A stretch of 64,000 bases of DNA from Naegleria gruberi (Eukaryota): assembly GCA_000004985.1 (NCBI GenBank), contig GG738853.1; one strand, 5' to 3'. The position numbers and the translations under genes are program-made. The notes under the pieces were generated by a model. It searched no databases and had not been told where the DNA came from. It saw only the letters and a program-made list of their open reading frames with translations. Positions within the stretch are counted from its first letter, which is position 1, and every line of letters begins with the position of its first letter. Shown here in pieces: positions 12,557 through 24,304 of the stretch.

Positions 12557-14129
12557 TTATTCTTGATAGAGATGATGTAACTTTTGAGCTATCTGCTCAA
12601 TTTCTCCTTTCTTCTCAATATTCTTAATGTGGCTCTCAATGACATTATTAAATCCATATCTTCCTCCATACCATGCAGCAGCAATTGAGCCAATAGAATC
12701 AGAATCACCTGCATTCAAACATGCTTGTAAAATGAGATTCTCATAATTATTGGCACCAGAATAGAGAACTGAATCATAGGCAATAATTACTGAATCATCT
12801 CCACTAGCTCCATACCATCCATCATATGCAAATTTCTTATAATATACATCCCTTTCATCAATGCCATAACGAGATGGGAAGGAAGGTTTCAAATTATTTA
12901 CAAGTTCCTCATTCTTGAAATCCCCTTCTTCCAAGAATAAGCTTCTATCTTTCAAATAGGTTTTGAAAACATTTTCGAAATGTGTAACTGAATCTTTCAT
13001 TTCCTTCCAATCTCTTTGAGCAACTGTCTGCAAATAAACTCTAGCTCTTGGCATGTCGTTATAGAGAAAGTGCACACCCCATTGAGCTGGAGGAATCTTT
13101 CCTTCCAAAGCATAGGATGTGAAAAGAGCAGAAACCAAAGATCCCAAAAAACCAGTTGGGTGATTATGAGTCAATCTTGCAGATTCAATACTAGTAGCAA
13201 TCAGCATGTCTCTTCTTTCCTTTCCTGTCATTATACCAATTCCCATAGCTCTCATCTATATACAATTTAAGAATTTATGATTTAGTAACAAACTTACACT
13301 ACCACCATTTCCTCCTCCTCTTTTATCATATGGATAAGCAAACCAATAGTCAAATCCATTCTCTCGAATAAAATCGACACCTCTTGCACCTTTAATCGAC
13401 AATTCAATAAATAAATTATTATTCGAGTGAAAAAATTTCATCAACTAGCTCACTTACATGTAGGTCCTGGTGCCCTTCCATACATATCATTCCAACAAAT
13501 CAAATATTCCTTTGCCATTTCTTTCATCAATGGATCTACAAATTCCACAAGAAAATTGGCATTTACCTTTTCATCCTTCTCATCAAACGTAAAAATCTTT
13601 TTTTTCGAATTTTCCATAAAACTAATCATTGCTCTCATTGTTGCCAAATGCATGACAGTATCATCAGAAACTCTCCAATTTTTAGTATCAATTCCATTCA
13701 AATTTCCATAATAATGTTTCAATTCATTATGAATGGAATGTGAATTCTTAGTAAATTCCCAACTTCCATTTCTAAAACCTAATAATTCATTCGAAAATTC
13801 AAACAAATCCAAAAAAGCAATTTGACTTTAGTTAAATATCGTCATGATCACATATTACACTCACCAATAGCATCACCAGCAGCTGCCAACAATAAACTAG
13901 CAAGAATTCTCTCCTTTAATGTATAACCATTCACGTTATCCATTACTGCTTGTTTTACAGAGGAAGACGAATGAAACAATTCTTGATCCGAATTATTCAT
14001 ATTTTCATGATTCAATCCTCCAGTAAAAACAGCTCCGATCATGAGCCTTTTGGAATTTTTAATGATCAATTTATTTCTAGATTGTGATGATGATACAGAG
14101 ATGAACGTTCTAGCCAGAGATTTAAACAT
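12557..14129 (-). CDS. ADP-ribosylarginine hydrolase (ARH1/ADPRH family) in 4 exons: 14129..13865, 13778..13458, 13389..13298 and 13255..12557. It has a 75-aa N-terminal extension.
   Basis: 'AAAGDAIG|FRNGSWEF...[18 protein letters not shown]...GRAPGPTC|ARG...GGGNGGS|MRAMGIGI...[27 protein letters not shown]...' follows human ARH1 'AAGDALGYYNGKWEF...[13 protein letters not shown]...GRAPGGAS...[27 protein letters not shown]'. All junctions are GTAAGT/GTGAGT...AG and in phase. The introns are 86, 68 and 42 nt. Confidence 0.8.
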
Positions 14130-14626
14130 TTTTTTTAATATTTGTAAAGTTGAAATCCTTGATCATTTAAATTACAAAATACACTATGATTAACAAAGAT
14201 ATTCAAAAGGTTTGAATATCAAAGCGAGATTGAAAAGACAAAATGAATTGCTTTCATGAATTGAATGGCATGAAGTTTCAATTTCGAATTGATTAGAAAA
14301 TCGGAAACCAAAAGTTGCATCAAGCAATTCAACATGCTTAATGTTCAATAAATACGAGTGTGATCAACTCTATCAATTTCTTCAACAAAACCTTACTGAA
14401 CCAACAAGATTCTGTCTTCGTTGCCTTCACTGTTCATACAGTCAAAGACTGTAGCGGGATTGTCGCCATATTCCTGGCAGGCTTCCCGTCTTAATTGTAA
14501 ATTGAATAACGAAACATTTCTAAGATGCCTACCGATTAGCAAGTTTAGCTCACAAGCGTATTTTACCTTTCATATTTTATAATATTATAGTAATGTATTT
14601 ATATTTGACAATTTGAGCTAATGAAT

Positions 14627-14744
14627 GACTACGGCCATATCACGATGAATGCACCTCATCCCGTCTGATTTGAGAAGTTAAGCATCGTCGAGCCACATCA
14701 GTACTGAGGTTGGAGACAACTTGGGAACCTGTGGTGCTGTAGTC
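14627..14744 (+). rRNA. rrn5: 5S ribosomal RNA gene (copy 1)
   Basis: 'GACTACGGCCATATCACGATGAATGCACCTCATCCCGTCTGATTTGAGAAGTTAAGCATCGTCGAGCCACATCAGTACTGAGGTTGGAGACAACTTGGGAACCTGTGGTGCTGTAGTC' matches the 5S consensus (CGGCCATA, CCCGTC, GAAGTTAAGC, GGTGCTGTAG). The 5' and 3' ends pair to form helix I. The 3' domain resembles the Dictyostelium 5S sequence. Confidence 0.93.
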
Positions 14745-14749
14745 TTTTT
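14745..14749 (+). terminator. Pol III terminator (T5 run) directly after 5S copy 1
   Basis: TTTTT immediately follows the 5S 3' end. After it comes a short direct repeat, 'ttaatttttgaaattttttt' x2, at 14749..14790. Confidence 0.7.
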
Positions 14750-15133
14750 AATTTTTGAAATTTTTTTTAATTTTTGAAATTTTTCAAGAAGTAAATTTAT
14801 GAATTCAGATAATGATTCCAAAAAAGAGAATTCAATTTAATATGTTGAAAGAGCATTCTTATGGAGATACAACCCTCAAAATATTTGGAACACTCATTGA
14901 AAAGCAAGCATGTTATTGTCAATTTTTAAGAAAAAACAATTTGGTTCTATTTTACCAATTGAATGATTCTGTTGTTTTAAAAGCGTAATGCAAAACAGGT
15001 CTATGCCAGGTATAATAGTCAGTGTCATCAAATACGTTGGTGAGGATATTCTTTTGTGTGAGCTCGTCACAAACACGTATTTCTTCCAATGTTGTTGGCT
15101 TAATGGTGAGTGTTTTGGAATCACAGATACCTC

Positions 15134-16138
15134 TCAACACAATGATGACATAATGTTTGACATTTGTTTTAGGGTTCCTTTGATTTCATCTGCTTCTGTT
15201 TTGATGATAGCGTCAATTACTTTGGCTATTTTTTCATCTGGCAAGGTTATTTCACCATTTACAAAGCTGGCAATCTTCTCATCATTAGATTTCAAAGATA
15301 TTGAGCCACACTCTTCTTCTAACAAAGTTGTGTGATTGCTAGAAATATGAATGGCACTGGCAAGTTGCTCTTCCACAAACTGAAGCATGTAGCCTGCAAT
15401 AATTTGGCAATCCTCGTTATCTGAAATGAAATCACTCAAGACAACAAGGGGAAATGGTGTTTCAATATCTTTTTCAGTTACTCTTTTGATTTTGATTTCT
15501 TCAAGTACTTGCTTTACACTTTCCAGCATTTGATGATTGTAAATTCTTTTTCTCTTTTGGATATCCGGAGAGCACTTTTGATATTGGGAATTGGTGATTG
15601 GTTTCGTAATGTAATATAAATAACATTCTTTCTTCCCTTTAGCTCTGTTTCTACTGCCGTTGATTTCCCACAATTAGATGGGCCATAAATATAGCTTAAC
15701 CTTGGAATGCAATCAGTTCTACACAACTCCTTCAACACTTCTGCTCCTTTTTTCACACAAGTCTATTCCTGGTATCATTGCAATTGTTGGTTCGAATGGT
15801 GTGTTCATTTTCTCCCTTACTTCTTGCAACAAGTCCTCAGAGTAATTGAGGTTATTTTGTTGTTGTTGCTGTGCATCTCTAGCGACCAATATGGCGTATA
15901 CTGATAAGGTGATACTCAACACGGATGATGCAGTAGTGAGTATTTTGCTTAGTGTTTCCTTTTCATTGGTTTTGTTCTCCTTGGTTTGTTGTGAGGAATC
16001 TGGTAATGGAACGAAACTGTACATCTCATTTCTGGTCCGAAAGAAAAAACTAAGAAACGATTGCTCACAACAGTACGGTATAACGAGCGAAGCATCTTGT
16101 ATTTTTTTGTTGCACCAATTGAAATAGGGGAGTTTCAC
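15134..16138 (-). pseudogene. P-loop NTPase locus with an N-terminal TM segment. Three overlapping ORFs are offset by single-nucleotide frame shifts. It is either a pseudogene or a real gene carrying homopolymer sequencing errors.
   Basis: ORF 15719..16138 (a TM-like 'ILTTASSVLSITLSVYAILVA' followed by polyQ), ORF 15514..15756 (Walker A 'YIYGPSNCGKST') and ORF 15134..15673 are consecutive. Each changes frame at an A-run (for example A6 at about 15759-15764, A5 at about 15560). No GT...AG pair of a plausible size can bridge the shifts. Confidence 0.4.
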
Positions 16139-16143
16139 AGAAA

Positions 16144-16752
16144 CTAAATTTCTTCTGTACTACTACTTGAATAATCATAGATTTCTCCAATATCTTCATC
16201 AGTTACAGCATACAGATAATCCAGATATGAGTTTGGAGCGTATTGAAAAATGAAATCAAATGGGGTTGGAATTTGAGAAAGAAATGAATCGCAGAACCAT
16301 AGGAAATGTTTGTCCTTTCTGATTGACTCTGGAAACTCAGTATTTAAAAAGCCAAATGATTCCCAAGTAGGAGTATTATCAAGTACTCTTTCGTCTAATT
16401 TCAATTGTTTGAATAATTTAACGATCTCTAATCTTGGTGCTGTTTTACAACTAAATATATCAATCCATTCATTTTCAGATGTTGAATGTTCATCAGCTGA
16501 AAATCCAATCCTTGCCTTAATATCAAGGTTAACATCTATGAATCTGTTGTAGTAAGTACTTGCTTTCACGTACAGATTTACACAAATTGGTTTCTCTTTC
16601 AAATAAATATTCATTTCAGATTCAATATTAGCAAACTGATTCAGTCCGTCATCGGCAGCCAAGGTTAGAAAATAGCATGGTTGAGTGGTTTTTAACATGT
16701 ACCATGATTTAGTAATATCGGTATTGTACAGCTTACTATTGATATTATGCAC
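16144..16752 (-). CDS. Hypothetical protein of 202 aa as shown in the track, open further upstream to an acceptor near 16826. It may be the 5' part of the adjacent P-loop locus.
   Basis: The ORF ends 5 nt before the start of the P-loop ORF at 16138, in a different frame. The upstream frame is open through 'YFRKCCFHKFDSFERNRLDNPYYNEGKFQHDRV' and preceded by a TATTTCAG acceptor. I see no recognised domain. Confidence 0.35.
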   Translation of the reverse strand: MHNINSKLYNTDITKSWYMLKTTQPCYFLTLAADDGLNQFANIESEMNIYLKEKPICVNLYVKASTYYNRFIDVNLDIKARIGFSADEHSTSENEWIDIFSCKTAPRLEIVKLFKQLKLDERVLDNTPTWESFGFLNTEFPESIRKDKHFLWFCDSFLSQIPTPFDFIFQYAPNSYLDYLYAVTDEDIGEIYDYSSSSTEEI

Positions 16753-16882
16753 CCTATCATGTTGGAACTTTCCTTCATTGTAATATGGATTGTCTAGTCT
16801 GTTTCTTTCAAAGCTGTCAAATTTGTGAAAACAACACTTTCTGAAATAGGTCCAATCAGTAATTTCATTAACATTCGAACAT

Positions 16883-17200
16883 TTATTTCCACATTAAATT
16901 AAACAAAGTTTTCCAAAATAAGGAATTTTCATAAATTTTCTCCATCATTTGACGATTAATTTTGTAAATTTGATTGTAAAATAAATTTTCATAACCTGCA
17001 AATGAATAAATTAATAACCATTCATCACCAGTTAATTTGGTTAGTGGTTTTTCTTCCGATTTCTTTTTCTTTTTTAATTGTTCAGAGACTTTATCTAATA
17101 TTGTGGAATAATCAAACTCTTCAGAATTTTCCTGTGAACGAAGGATGGAAACAATTCTCTCCACAAGTTGGTCACCATTTCTCTTTCTCTTGAGAGACAT
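16883..17200 (-). CDS. Hypothetical small basic protein of 105 aa. It might be the 5' exon of the downstream 16144..16752 gene.
   Basis: The ORF 'MSLKRKRNGDQLVERIVSILRS...' is followed about 60 nt downstream by an acceptor leading into the next ORF. No clean canonical donor is seen, so I list it separately. Confidence 0.3.
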   Translation of the reverse strand: MSLKRKRNGDQLVERIVSILRSQENSEEFDYSTILDKVSEQLKKKKKSEEKPLTKLTGDEWLLIYSFAGYENLFYNQIYKINRQMMEKIYENSLFWKTLFNLMWK

Positions 17201-17316
17201 TTTTTTTGAGTAAATATAATTCCAATGTTCATCTCTTATTTATTAACAAGAGAAAAATTACCTTTACAAAATGAAAATATTCAACTAATGCAAAAATCAG
17301 GTTATTTATAAACAAT

Positions 17317-20300
17317 TTATTCGTGCATATCAGAAACAAGGGAACCATTTGAATCATACAAACTGGCAAACTTCAAAACAGCTTCTTGTGAGAATTCACC
17401 TGGAGCAATACCTCTCTGAGATTTGTATTCAGTCTTACGAGGAACCATTTCAATACAATCCAAAACTGGACAAACAGAGTAACACAAAGTACAACCAGTA
17501 CAATCGTCATCACTAACCTTTGGAATGTGAGTGTCCTTATCGAAAGAAATGGCTTGATAACCACTGTCATTACAAGTCAGGTAGCATTTACCACAATTGA
17601 TACACTTGTCATCATTAATGACAGCAATAACGTGGTGATCGAATTTTGGATCCAATTCACCCCAAGAACCAATTCTTGGAACAGCCTTAGCAACAACATC
17701 GTTAATGGATGGAACCTTGATAACTTGTTCAATTTCAGCTGGCATATTATCTTCATGTCTACCAGTCAAAACTCCCTTTTCTTCAATTTCCTTGACATCG
17801 AGTTCTCTTCTCTTCAATTCATATGGACCAAATCTTGGCAAACCAACTTTCTTTTCTTCTACAACTGGTGGAGTTTGACCAGTCCAACCCTTGAATGCAG
17901 GATGAGCATTGATATACATCAAGGCCTTCAATCCAGTAATGTAATCTTCAATAACAGTAAAATCTTGATTTTGGACAGATGAACAAATTTGGACAACTGA
18001 AGCACCAGCATGAATGAATTGCAAAGCAACATCAGCACTGTCACAACCACCAGTAGCAAGAATTGGATAACCAGGAATGTTCTTAGCAACCTTAGAAACA
18101 GCCTTCATAGCAATTGGTCTAATTGCATTACCACTGACACCACCGTAGGTAGTTCTCTTATTGGCACCAACTGCTGGCCAGGCGGTCGCATCAGGTTTAA
18201 GAGTCATTAAACCAGAAACAGTATTTGTGGCAGTAACACCATCAGCACCACCATCTCTAGCAGCAGTAGCAATTTGCAAAACATCAGTAACGTTTGGAGT
18301 GAGCTTGGCAAAGAATGGAATCTTGGTAACAGCTCTAACCCATTTACAAATATTCAAAACAAGATATGGATCCATACCACAAGCCAAACCTAAACCCTTT
18401 TCACCCATACCGTGAGGACAAGACAAGTTCAATTCAATCATGTCAGCACCAGCTTGTTCGGCCTTAGTAGCAAGGAACTTCCAATCTTCTTCCTTAAAAG
18501 CAGCCATGATAGAGGCAATAACAATCTTAGTTGGATGTTTCTTCTTCAACTCAGTAATAGCAGTACACCAATAAGTAGCAGACTTTTCAGAAATCAATTC
18601 AATATTCATGAAAGCAGATTGATGAGGACCTCTGTTTGTAGTGACTGAACCACGAATAATTCTTGGTGAAACATTAGTAACCAAATCCTTATCCAAACCA
18701 AAAGTCTTAGTGACAGCAAAGCCCCAACCAGCATCAAAAGCACGATCAATCATATCAGCAGTAGTACAAGGTGGAGCAGAAGCAAGACCGTATGGATTTT
18801 CAAACTTGACACCACATACTTCAACTGAAATATCAACCTTATCAACTTCAGTAAAGAACTTTGGAAGTTGAGGAGCATCAGAGAGTCTATCAGCCTTATG
18901 CAATTCTTCTTGGATATAACGATGAATGTACCAAGATGCAGTTTTACCATCATTGCTTGCCTCTACTGTCATACCACTACCAATCAAGTCACCACCAGCA
19001 AAAACACCCTTGACTTCGGTTTCCATTGTTGTATTATTGATAGGAACTCTACCATAATTATTAACAGCAACAGGTGAAAGGGACTTGATAATATTTTCAC
19101 TCTTCAAAGTGCAACCAAATGCAGAAACGACAAAGTCACATTTGAGTCTGATGAACTGATCTTCATCAATGACAAGTTTACCATTAGAGTCAACTTCAGT
19201 CTTGTACAATTCGATACCAGAAATTCTGCCATCCTTCATGATAATTTGTTTTGGTAAACAATTTGGAAGTACGTCACACTTTTCCTTCATGGCTGGTTCA
19301 AATTCTTCTTCGACACATCTCATTTCAGAGAAACCACGACGGAAAACAAGAACAGCCTTATCAGCTCCACATCTAATACTAGAACCATAAACATCGAGGG
19401 CAGTATCACCAATACCCAAAATAACAACCTTACCATATAACTTTGGAAGCTTTTGGTTTGATGCCTTACAACCACAGATACCATCCTTTGATGATTGCAT
19501 GACCGCTGGAAGGAAATCCTTAGAGGTGTAGAAACCTTGTTCTGGGGTCAATCCGTCAAAGATTGATTCCTTATTTGGATCTGGAAGACCAATACCCAAA
19601 AAGATGGCTTCATAACCATCATTCTTGAGTGATTCAACAGTGAAATCTCTTCCTAATTCCTTGTTATATTCGACTTTAACACCCAAATCCTTCATCAAGT
19701 TGACTTCAAACTCAACAGCTTCGTATGGGAGACGATTTTGTGGAATTTCTTGAGTGCTCAAACCACCAGCATATTGTCCCTTTTCAAAGATGGTAACATT
19801 TTGATAACCCATTCTAGCCAAGAAAGTAGCACATGAAATACTGGCAGGACCTGCACCAACGAGAGCAATCTTGGCCTTGTATGATTCTGGTAATTTGTCG
19901 AGAGGAGTAGCATCTGGGTCTCTGATTTGTTTCAATTTCATCTTTCTAAAGACATCAGTTGCGAATGCTTGCAAACCACTATTGTTTTTTGATTGTTGTT
20001 ATTGAAAGTAAATTGCATTACACAAATATTGGTAATAAATGTATTTTGTGTTAAAATCATGGTGAAATTTAACAACTTACTTGATATTAATTGGGCCTTC
20101 TTCGGTAGCAGCCAAGTTACAGCTTCCTGCACACAAATTACTAACAGGACAAACCATACCACATGACAAACCTAGTGGATTGTCAGAGAAAATCATCTTG
20201 GCAGCACCATAGTAATTTCCAGTAGAAATACAACTAATAAAACTCTTAATATCCAATGAAGTTGGACAAGAAGATTGACATGGAGCGTCAGCACTATCAT

Positions 20301-20957
20301 TATGAAATATTCCAATTTTCAAAATGCATCAAACATTATGATGATTGAAAGGTAAAAAGTGCAAAAATGTGAATTGATTCCATTTTAAAATAATATTTCG
20401 CAGAGTTTTTTTTGCACAGGCAAAGGATTGATGTGGAATTTTGGTACAGTAGCAATAGTAGTGAACGGAAGGCATCAAAAAGGATAAATACATTAGTTTG
20501 TTCATCATCACGGTAATTAAATTATTGCATTTTAATTTTACAGTTGTGAAAATATTAACAACTGTCTTGATATTTTGATCAATTACATACCACTTTAAAC
20601 ATCTGCTTGCTTCCACGATAGCACTCTTCTCTGTCAATGTAGAGTGCTTGTTGTCTCTAAAATCATATTTTAATTGTTTGGTCTATTTGATGATTCGTTA
20701 TTTGGCGTTGTTTTGTATGAAATGATCAATCACATCATTTGAATTGATCAAAATATTATTGATAATAAAATTGTCGTTTTCTGAGTTTAAAAAGAAGGAA
20801 CACTTACATTGATTGGAATATTTCTCTTGTAGTGTTGCTTAAGCTTTTCAGTTTCCTTGCTTGGTCTCACTGAAGCATACTTTTGAATCTTTGGGTTGAG
20901 ATTTAAATTTTCAATGTCTTCCAATCCAAGAGTTAGGAAATTAGTCGATGAGGCCAT
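17317..20957 (-). CDS. pyd1: Dihydropyrimidine dehydrogenase [NADP+] (DPD) in 4 exons: 20957..20808, 20682..20591, 20293..20081 and 19978..17317
   Basis: Exon 4 (886 aa) aligns across the whole FAD/NADPH, DHODH-like TIM-barrel and C-terminal 2x[4Fe-4S] domains of human DPYD ('[24 protein letters not shown]', '[20 protein letters not shown]', '[19 protein letters not shown]'). Exons 1-3 encode 'MASSTNF...[10 protein letters not shown]...', '[21 protein letters not shown]|C' and '[18 protein letters not shown]...[27 protein letters not shown]', matching human residues about 1-175 with all Fe-S cysteines. The splices are GTAAGT/GTATGT...TAG and phase-checked. The introns are 125, 297 and 102 nt. 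Confidence 0.9.
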
Positions 20958-21635
20958 GTTTTATATTCTTCTATTACAAAATTGCAGCACTTTTTTCTTA
21001 TAGTAGTGTTTGTGTTGAGTTTTCTTTTGTACAATTAGATTTTTTAAACAACACAAAAGAGCAGATGAACTTGAGGGTTTTTTTTTGAGTTCTGTTAGTG
21101 TGCAACACTTGGTGTTTTGTGTGAAGGATCACTTTTAAAATGTCGTCACAGAATGCATTCTTTCTGTTGGTGATCAAAGCAAAAAGCAGGCGGATAGCTA
21201 TGAGGATTGTGAAGAAATTTAATTGTGGAATGATTCATGACGAGTTTTGATGTGATCAATTTCATGATGATTTTGTAATGACAAGCTCAGTGCGGAGATG
21301 ATAGATGAGAAATAGGGCAACTTTCAGCTTTCGCATTGGAATGAAACAGAAAGTATTTCCTGGTATTAGGTGTCAATAGTTGCCAAGAATAAATATTTTG
21401 TAGTAAGGTGTTGTTTGCCCATCGTAATATTACAACAAAACAGTAAAGCAACTCTCCACAAATATAGTTTTTAATATGGTGTGGCTGTTTTTTCACTGAG
21501 TCCTTAAATAGTGCCTACTGTTAGTTGTACAGTTCTTTATTAAGACTTTTAAAAGAGCTAAACAATTTAAAAAACCAGCTGGTGGCATATTGTTTTGCTT
21601 GGAAAACCAACAAGGCAGAACTAATTGTCTCTACA

Positions 21636-22832
21636 TTAATACATTAATGTAAATACTTCAATTTCCTTCACAATAAAGTTCTTTCCTCCAGCAAAATAGT
21701 TCTTATCAAAAGGAGCTAATGGTTGACCTACCAATGTTGAGGAAGATGCATTGTTGGCAACTGTCTGAGAGGATTGTTGTTGATCATTTGTTAGTGTGAG
21801 TGTTCCTTCCATATAGCTACATGGAAAAGTCATCGAGTCAGGCCTTGTATCACAATTATTACAAATGAAAATATCGTGACCAGAGCCAAATGTTGGCCCA
21901 TTTACCAGTCTATTTTGAATTGCATATCTGGAGGCATGGTGCTTGATTGGATGTTTTGAAGGAATATTATTTACATTCACTAAAGAGAAGAGGAATGCAT
22001 TTGGATCTCGAGAATATCCACTAAATGAATTCCAGCTGACTTCTGTGTATCCTCCAAAGATGCAATTATTTGAGGTTCGAATAATAGTAACAGTTGGTCC
22101 CTTATTGTCGCACTTTGAATGGAATGACCTCGAATCAAATCCATCTCTTGATCCTTGCCACAACAGTTTCCATTTTCTATCCTTTTCCACTCCAACAAAT
22201 GAATTCAATACTTCACATAATTCTATTGTCAAAACCTTTGTCCTTATGAATATCTTCATTCCACTTGCATAGTTGCATTCATTATTTGGAGCATATCTAT
22301 AGGAAGATGCTCTTCCTATTGAGACAAGAGATTCCAATTCAGGCATTATTTCTTCCAAATGCTCACACAAGCCAACTAATTGATAATAGTTAGCTTCCAA
22401 ATATAATCTTTTCAGAGCTAATTTATCTTCGGGAAGAACATATTGATTTCTCGACCCAGAAGCTCTCAAATAATTGAGAATGAATGGAAAATAGGTTGGA
22501 TCTCTGTCTAGAAAAATTCTTCCTTTCTCATCAGTAGTAAACGGGATTGATCCTTCCAACATGATGGAAAACATATTATCTGGATAATACTCTTCTTGAT
22601 CATCTTGATGCTTATTAATATTCGGAATTTTGTAAATTATTGTCTCTTTAAGAATGGTAAACTTTTTCCCACCAACATTCAGATGAACGAGAGTGTCATC
22701 AGAGTATCTATTTGGTGATTGCTCTTCAAGAGCTTGCTTCACTGCAATCTGTATTCTACTCTCCAATTGATCCAATAATTCCTCGGATAAAGTCGTGCTC
22801 ATTGTATTGTTATTTTTTCTAACTGAATGCAA
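21636..22832 (-). CDS. BTB/POZ (T1/KCTD-type) protein with a TLDc domain
   Basis: The N-terminus 'VHLNVGGKKFTILKETI...DRDPTYFPFILNYLR' has the BTB_2 signature. The C-terminus 'KLLWQGSRDGFDSRSFHSKCDNKGPTVTIIRTSNNCIFGGYTEVSWNS...DPNAFLFSL...GHDIFI...NYFAGGKNFIVKEIEVF' is TLDc-like. It is a single exon. Confidence 0.6.
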   Translation of the reverse strand: MHSVRKNNNTMSTTLSEELLDQLESRIQIAVKQALEEQSPNRYSDDTLVHLNVGGKKFTILKETIIYKIPNINKHQDDQEEYYPDNMFSIMLEGSIPFTTDEKGRIFLDRDPTYFPFILNYLRASGSRNQYVLPEDKLALKRLYLEANYYQLVGLCEHLEEIMPELESLVSIGRASSYRYAPNNECNYASGMKIFIRTKVLTIELCEVLNSFVGVEKDRKWKLLWQGSRDGFDSRSFHSKCDNKGPTVTIIRTSNNCIFGGYTEVSWNSFSGYSRDPNAFLFSLVNVNNIPSKHPIKHHASRYAIQNRLVNGPTFGSGHDIFICNNCDTRPDSMTFPCSYMEGTLTLTNDQQQSSQTVANNASSSTLVGQPLAPFDKNYFAGGKNFIVKEIEVFTLMY

Positions 22833-22883
22833 CCGACTTTACTAAGGAAATAGATTAATTGAACCTACTGGTAAATATAACCT

Positions 22884-24059
22884 CTATCGACGTTCAATTA
22901 AAATTCCATGCATTCCCCATCTGCTAACACCCTCTATAAATATTCCAAGACATAGACCAGAACATAATGTTCCAATATTGAAATAGCCAGTAGATCTGAA
23001 TAGTGGAATAATAATCAGAAATAAAAAATAATGATGCATGTGAAGGTAATGTGTCTTTCTAACATGTGACAGAGAAATGTAAACTATTGAAACAAACAGA
23101 AAGAAGAAAAAATAGCCAAGTGCATAAGCAATTAAAATATCGATACCAGATTTTGTAATGAAAGTAAATATTTGGAGACCAATCACTACAAGTAAAGCAA
23201 TAGCTGATATCAAGACTCCAATCCATTCAAAAATTCTAATTTCTTTCCACCTATTTGAGTTTGCAATTCTATCACCAAATAATTGTAAAAATTCAATTTT
23301 GTCTAAATAAGTGAATTGAAGTCCAATATAATAAGCTATAACGAAAATTCCATTATTTAAAAAGTAGGAAAATGCTGTTGATGTAGTAGATGTCTCAATA
23401 CAACTCATAACTCCAACTAAATAAATTGGAAAATACACAAAAATATCCTTCTTAGATCTCTTCCTGTTTTCTACCAGTTTAAAAGATCTAGGGCTCAATA
23501 AATTAATCAACTCACTACATGTACCCTCTCTATCTTGCAGATAATATTTGGAAAATTCTCTAAATGATCTTCCCCTTATAGATTCTATCAACTTTTTGAA
23601 AAAGTGCTTAATCCAAAAAACATGTCCAAACTCCTCAACACTAAACTCTTCATTCTGAACATTTTTCTGTTGCACCACCACAAGTTCTCTATACAAACAT
23701 CTTTGCTCCGTAACATTGGATACGTAGAAAAATCCCATCACCAACAATATCATATACCACATCCACTTGAAAATCTCATTCACAATTTCATATCCAAAAA
23801 TCTGAATATCCGGACAAGCCCAAAACCCAATCACCAATACAACACTATTCAATATTACAAAATATAAAAATCCAATTCCTATTAATTTCACTCTCGATTT
23901 CCAATAATCTCCATCATAGGAAGCATATCTAATTTCCACTACTTCCTTCGGTCCAGATAAATCATCTTGTTCATTGGATTGTTCATCACCATCGGAGGCT
24001 CGCTGAATATCATCATCATCACTACCATTATCAATGGGTACTCCTTCCAATAATGCCAT
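22884..24059 (-). CDS. Hypothetical multi-pass membrane protein of 391 aa with an acidic N-terminus and about 8 hydrophobic segments
   Basis: It is one long ORF, with hydrophobic runs such as 'LIGIGFLYFVILNSVVLVIGFWA' and 'IGVLISAIALLVVIGLQIF'. I recognise no family. Confidence 0.4.
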   Translation of the reverse strand: MALLEGVPIDNGSDDDDIQRASDGDEQSNEQDDLSGPKEVVEIRYASYDGDYWKSRVKLIGIGFLYFVILNSVVLVIGFWACPDIQIFGYEIVNEIFKWMWYMILLVMGFFYVSNVTEQRCLYRELVVVQQKNVQNEEFSVEEFGHVFWIKHFFKKLIESIRGRSFREFSKYYLQDREGTCSELINLLSPRSFKLVENRKRSKKDIFVYFPIYLVGVMSCIETSTTSTAFSYFLNNGIFVIAYYIGLQFTYLDKIEFLQLFGDRIANSNRWKEIRIFEWIGVLISAIALLVVIGLQIFTFITKSGIDILIAYALGYFFFFLFVSIVYISLSHVRKTHYLHMHHYFLFLIIIPLFRSTGYFNIGTLCSGLCLGIFIEGVSRWGMHGILIERR

Positions 24060-24304
24060 TTTTTTTAATTTGCTATTTAATAATTATATTACAATTTTTT
24101 AAAAATGAAAATGGCGGGAAATATTTAACTTGAATTTTTCTGTGATTATTAACTCAGTTTCATCATTCAAATTGAAACCTGCTAATAGAAATTTTCCACG
24201 CAATAACAAGCCAAACATTCATCCTTGAACATAATTCTCCTTTTGTTTGTCGCAGTGGTTGTAGTTGACTGCGCCATCAACAACAATTTAACCATCCATA
24301 AAAA

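Noticed and set aside
20329-20637. ORF 20329..20637 as an independent gene
   Set aside because: Only its first 21 codons (…[14 protein letters not shown]) are coding. They form exon 2 of the DPD gene, and the rest is intron read-through.
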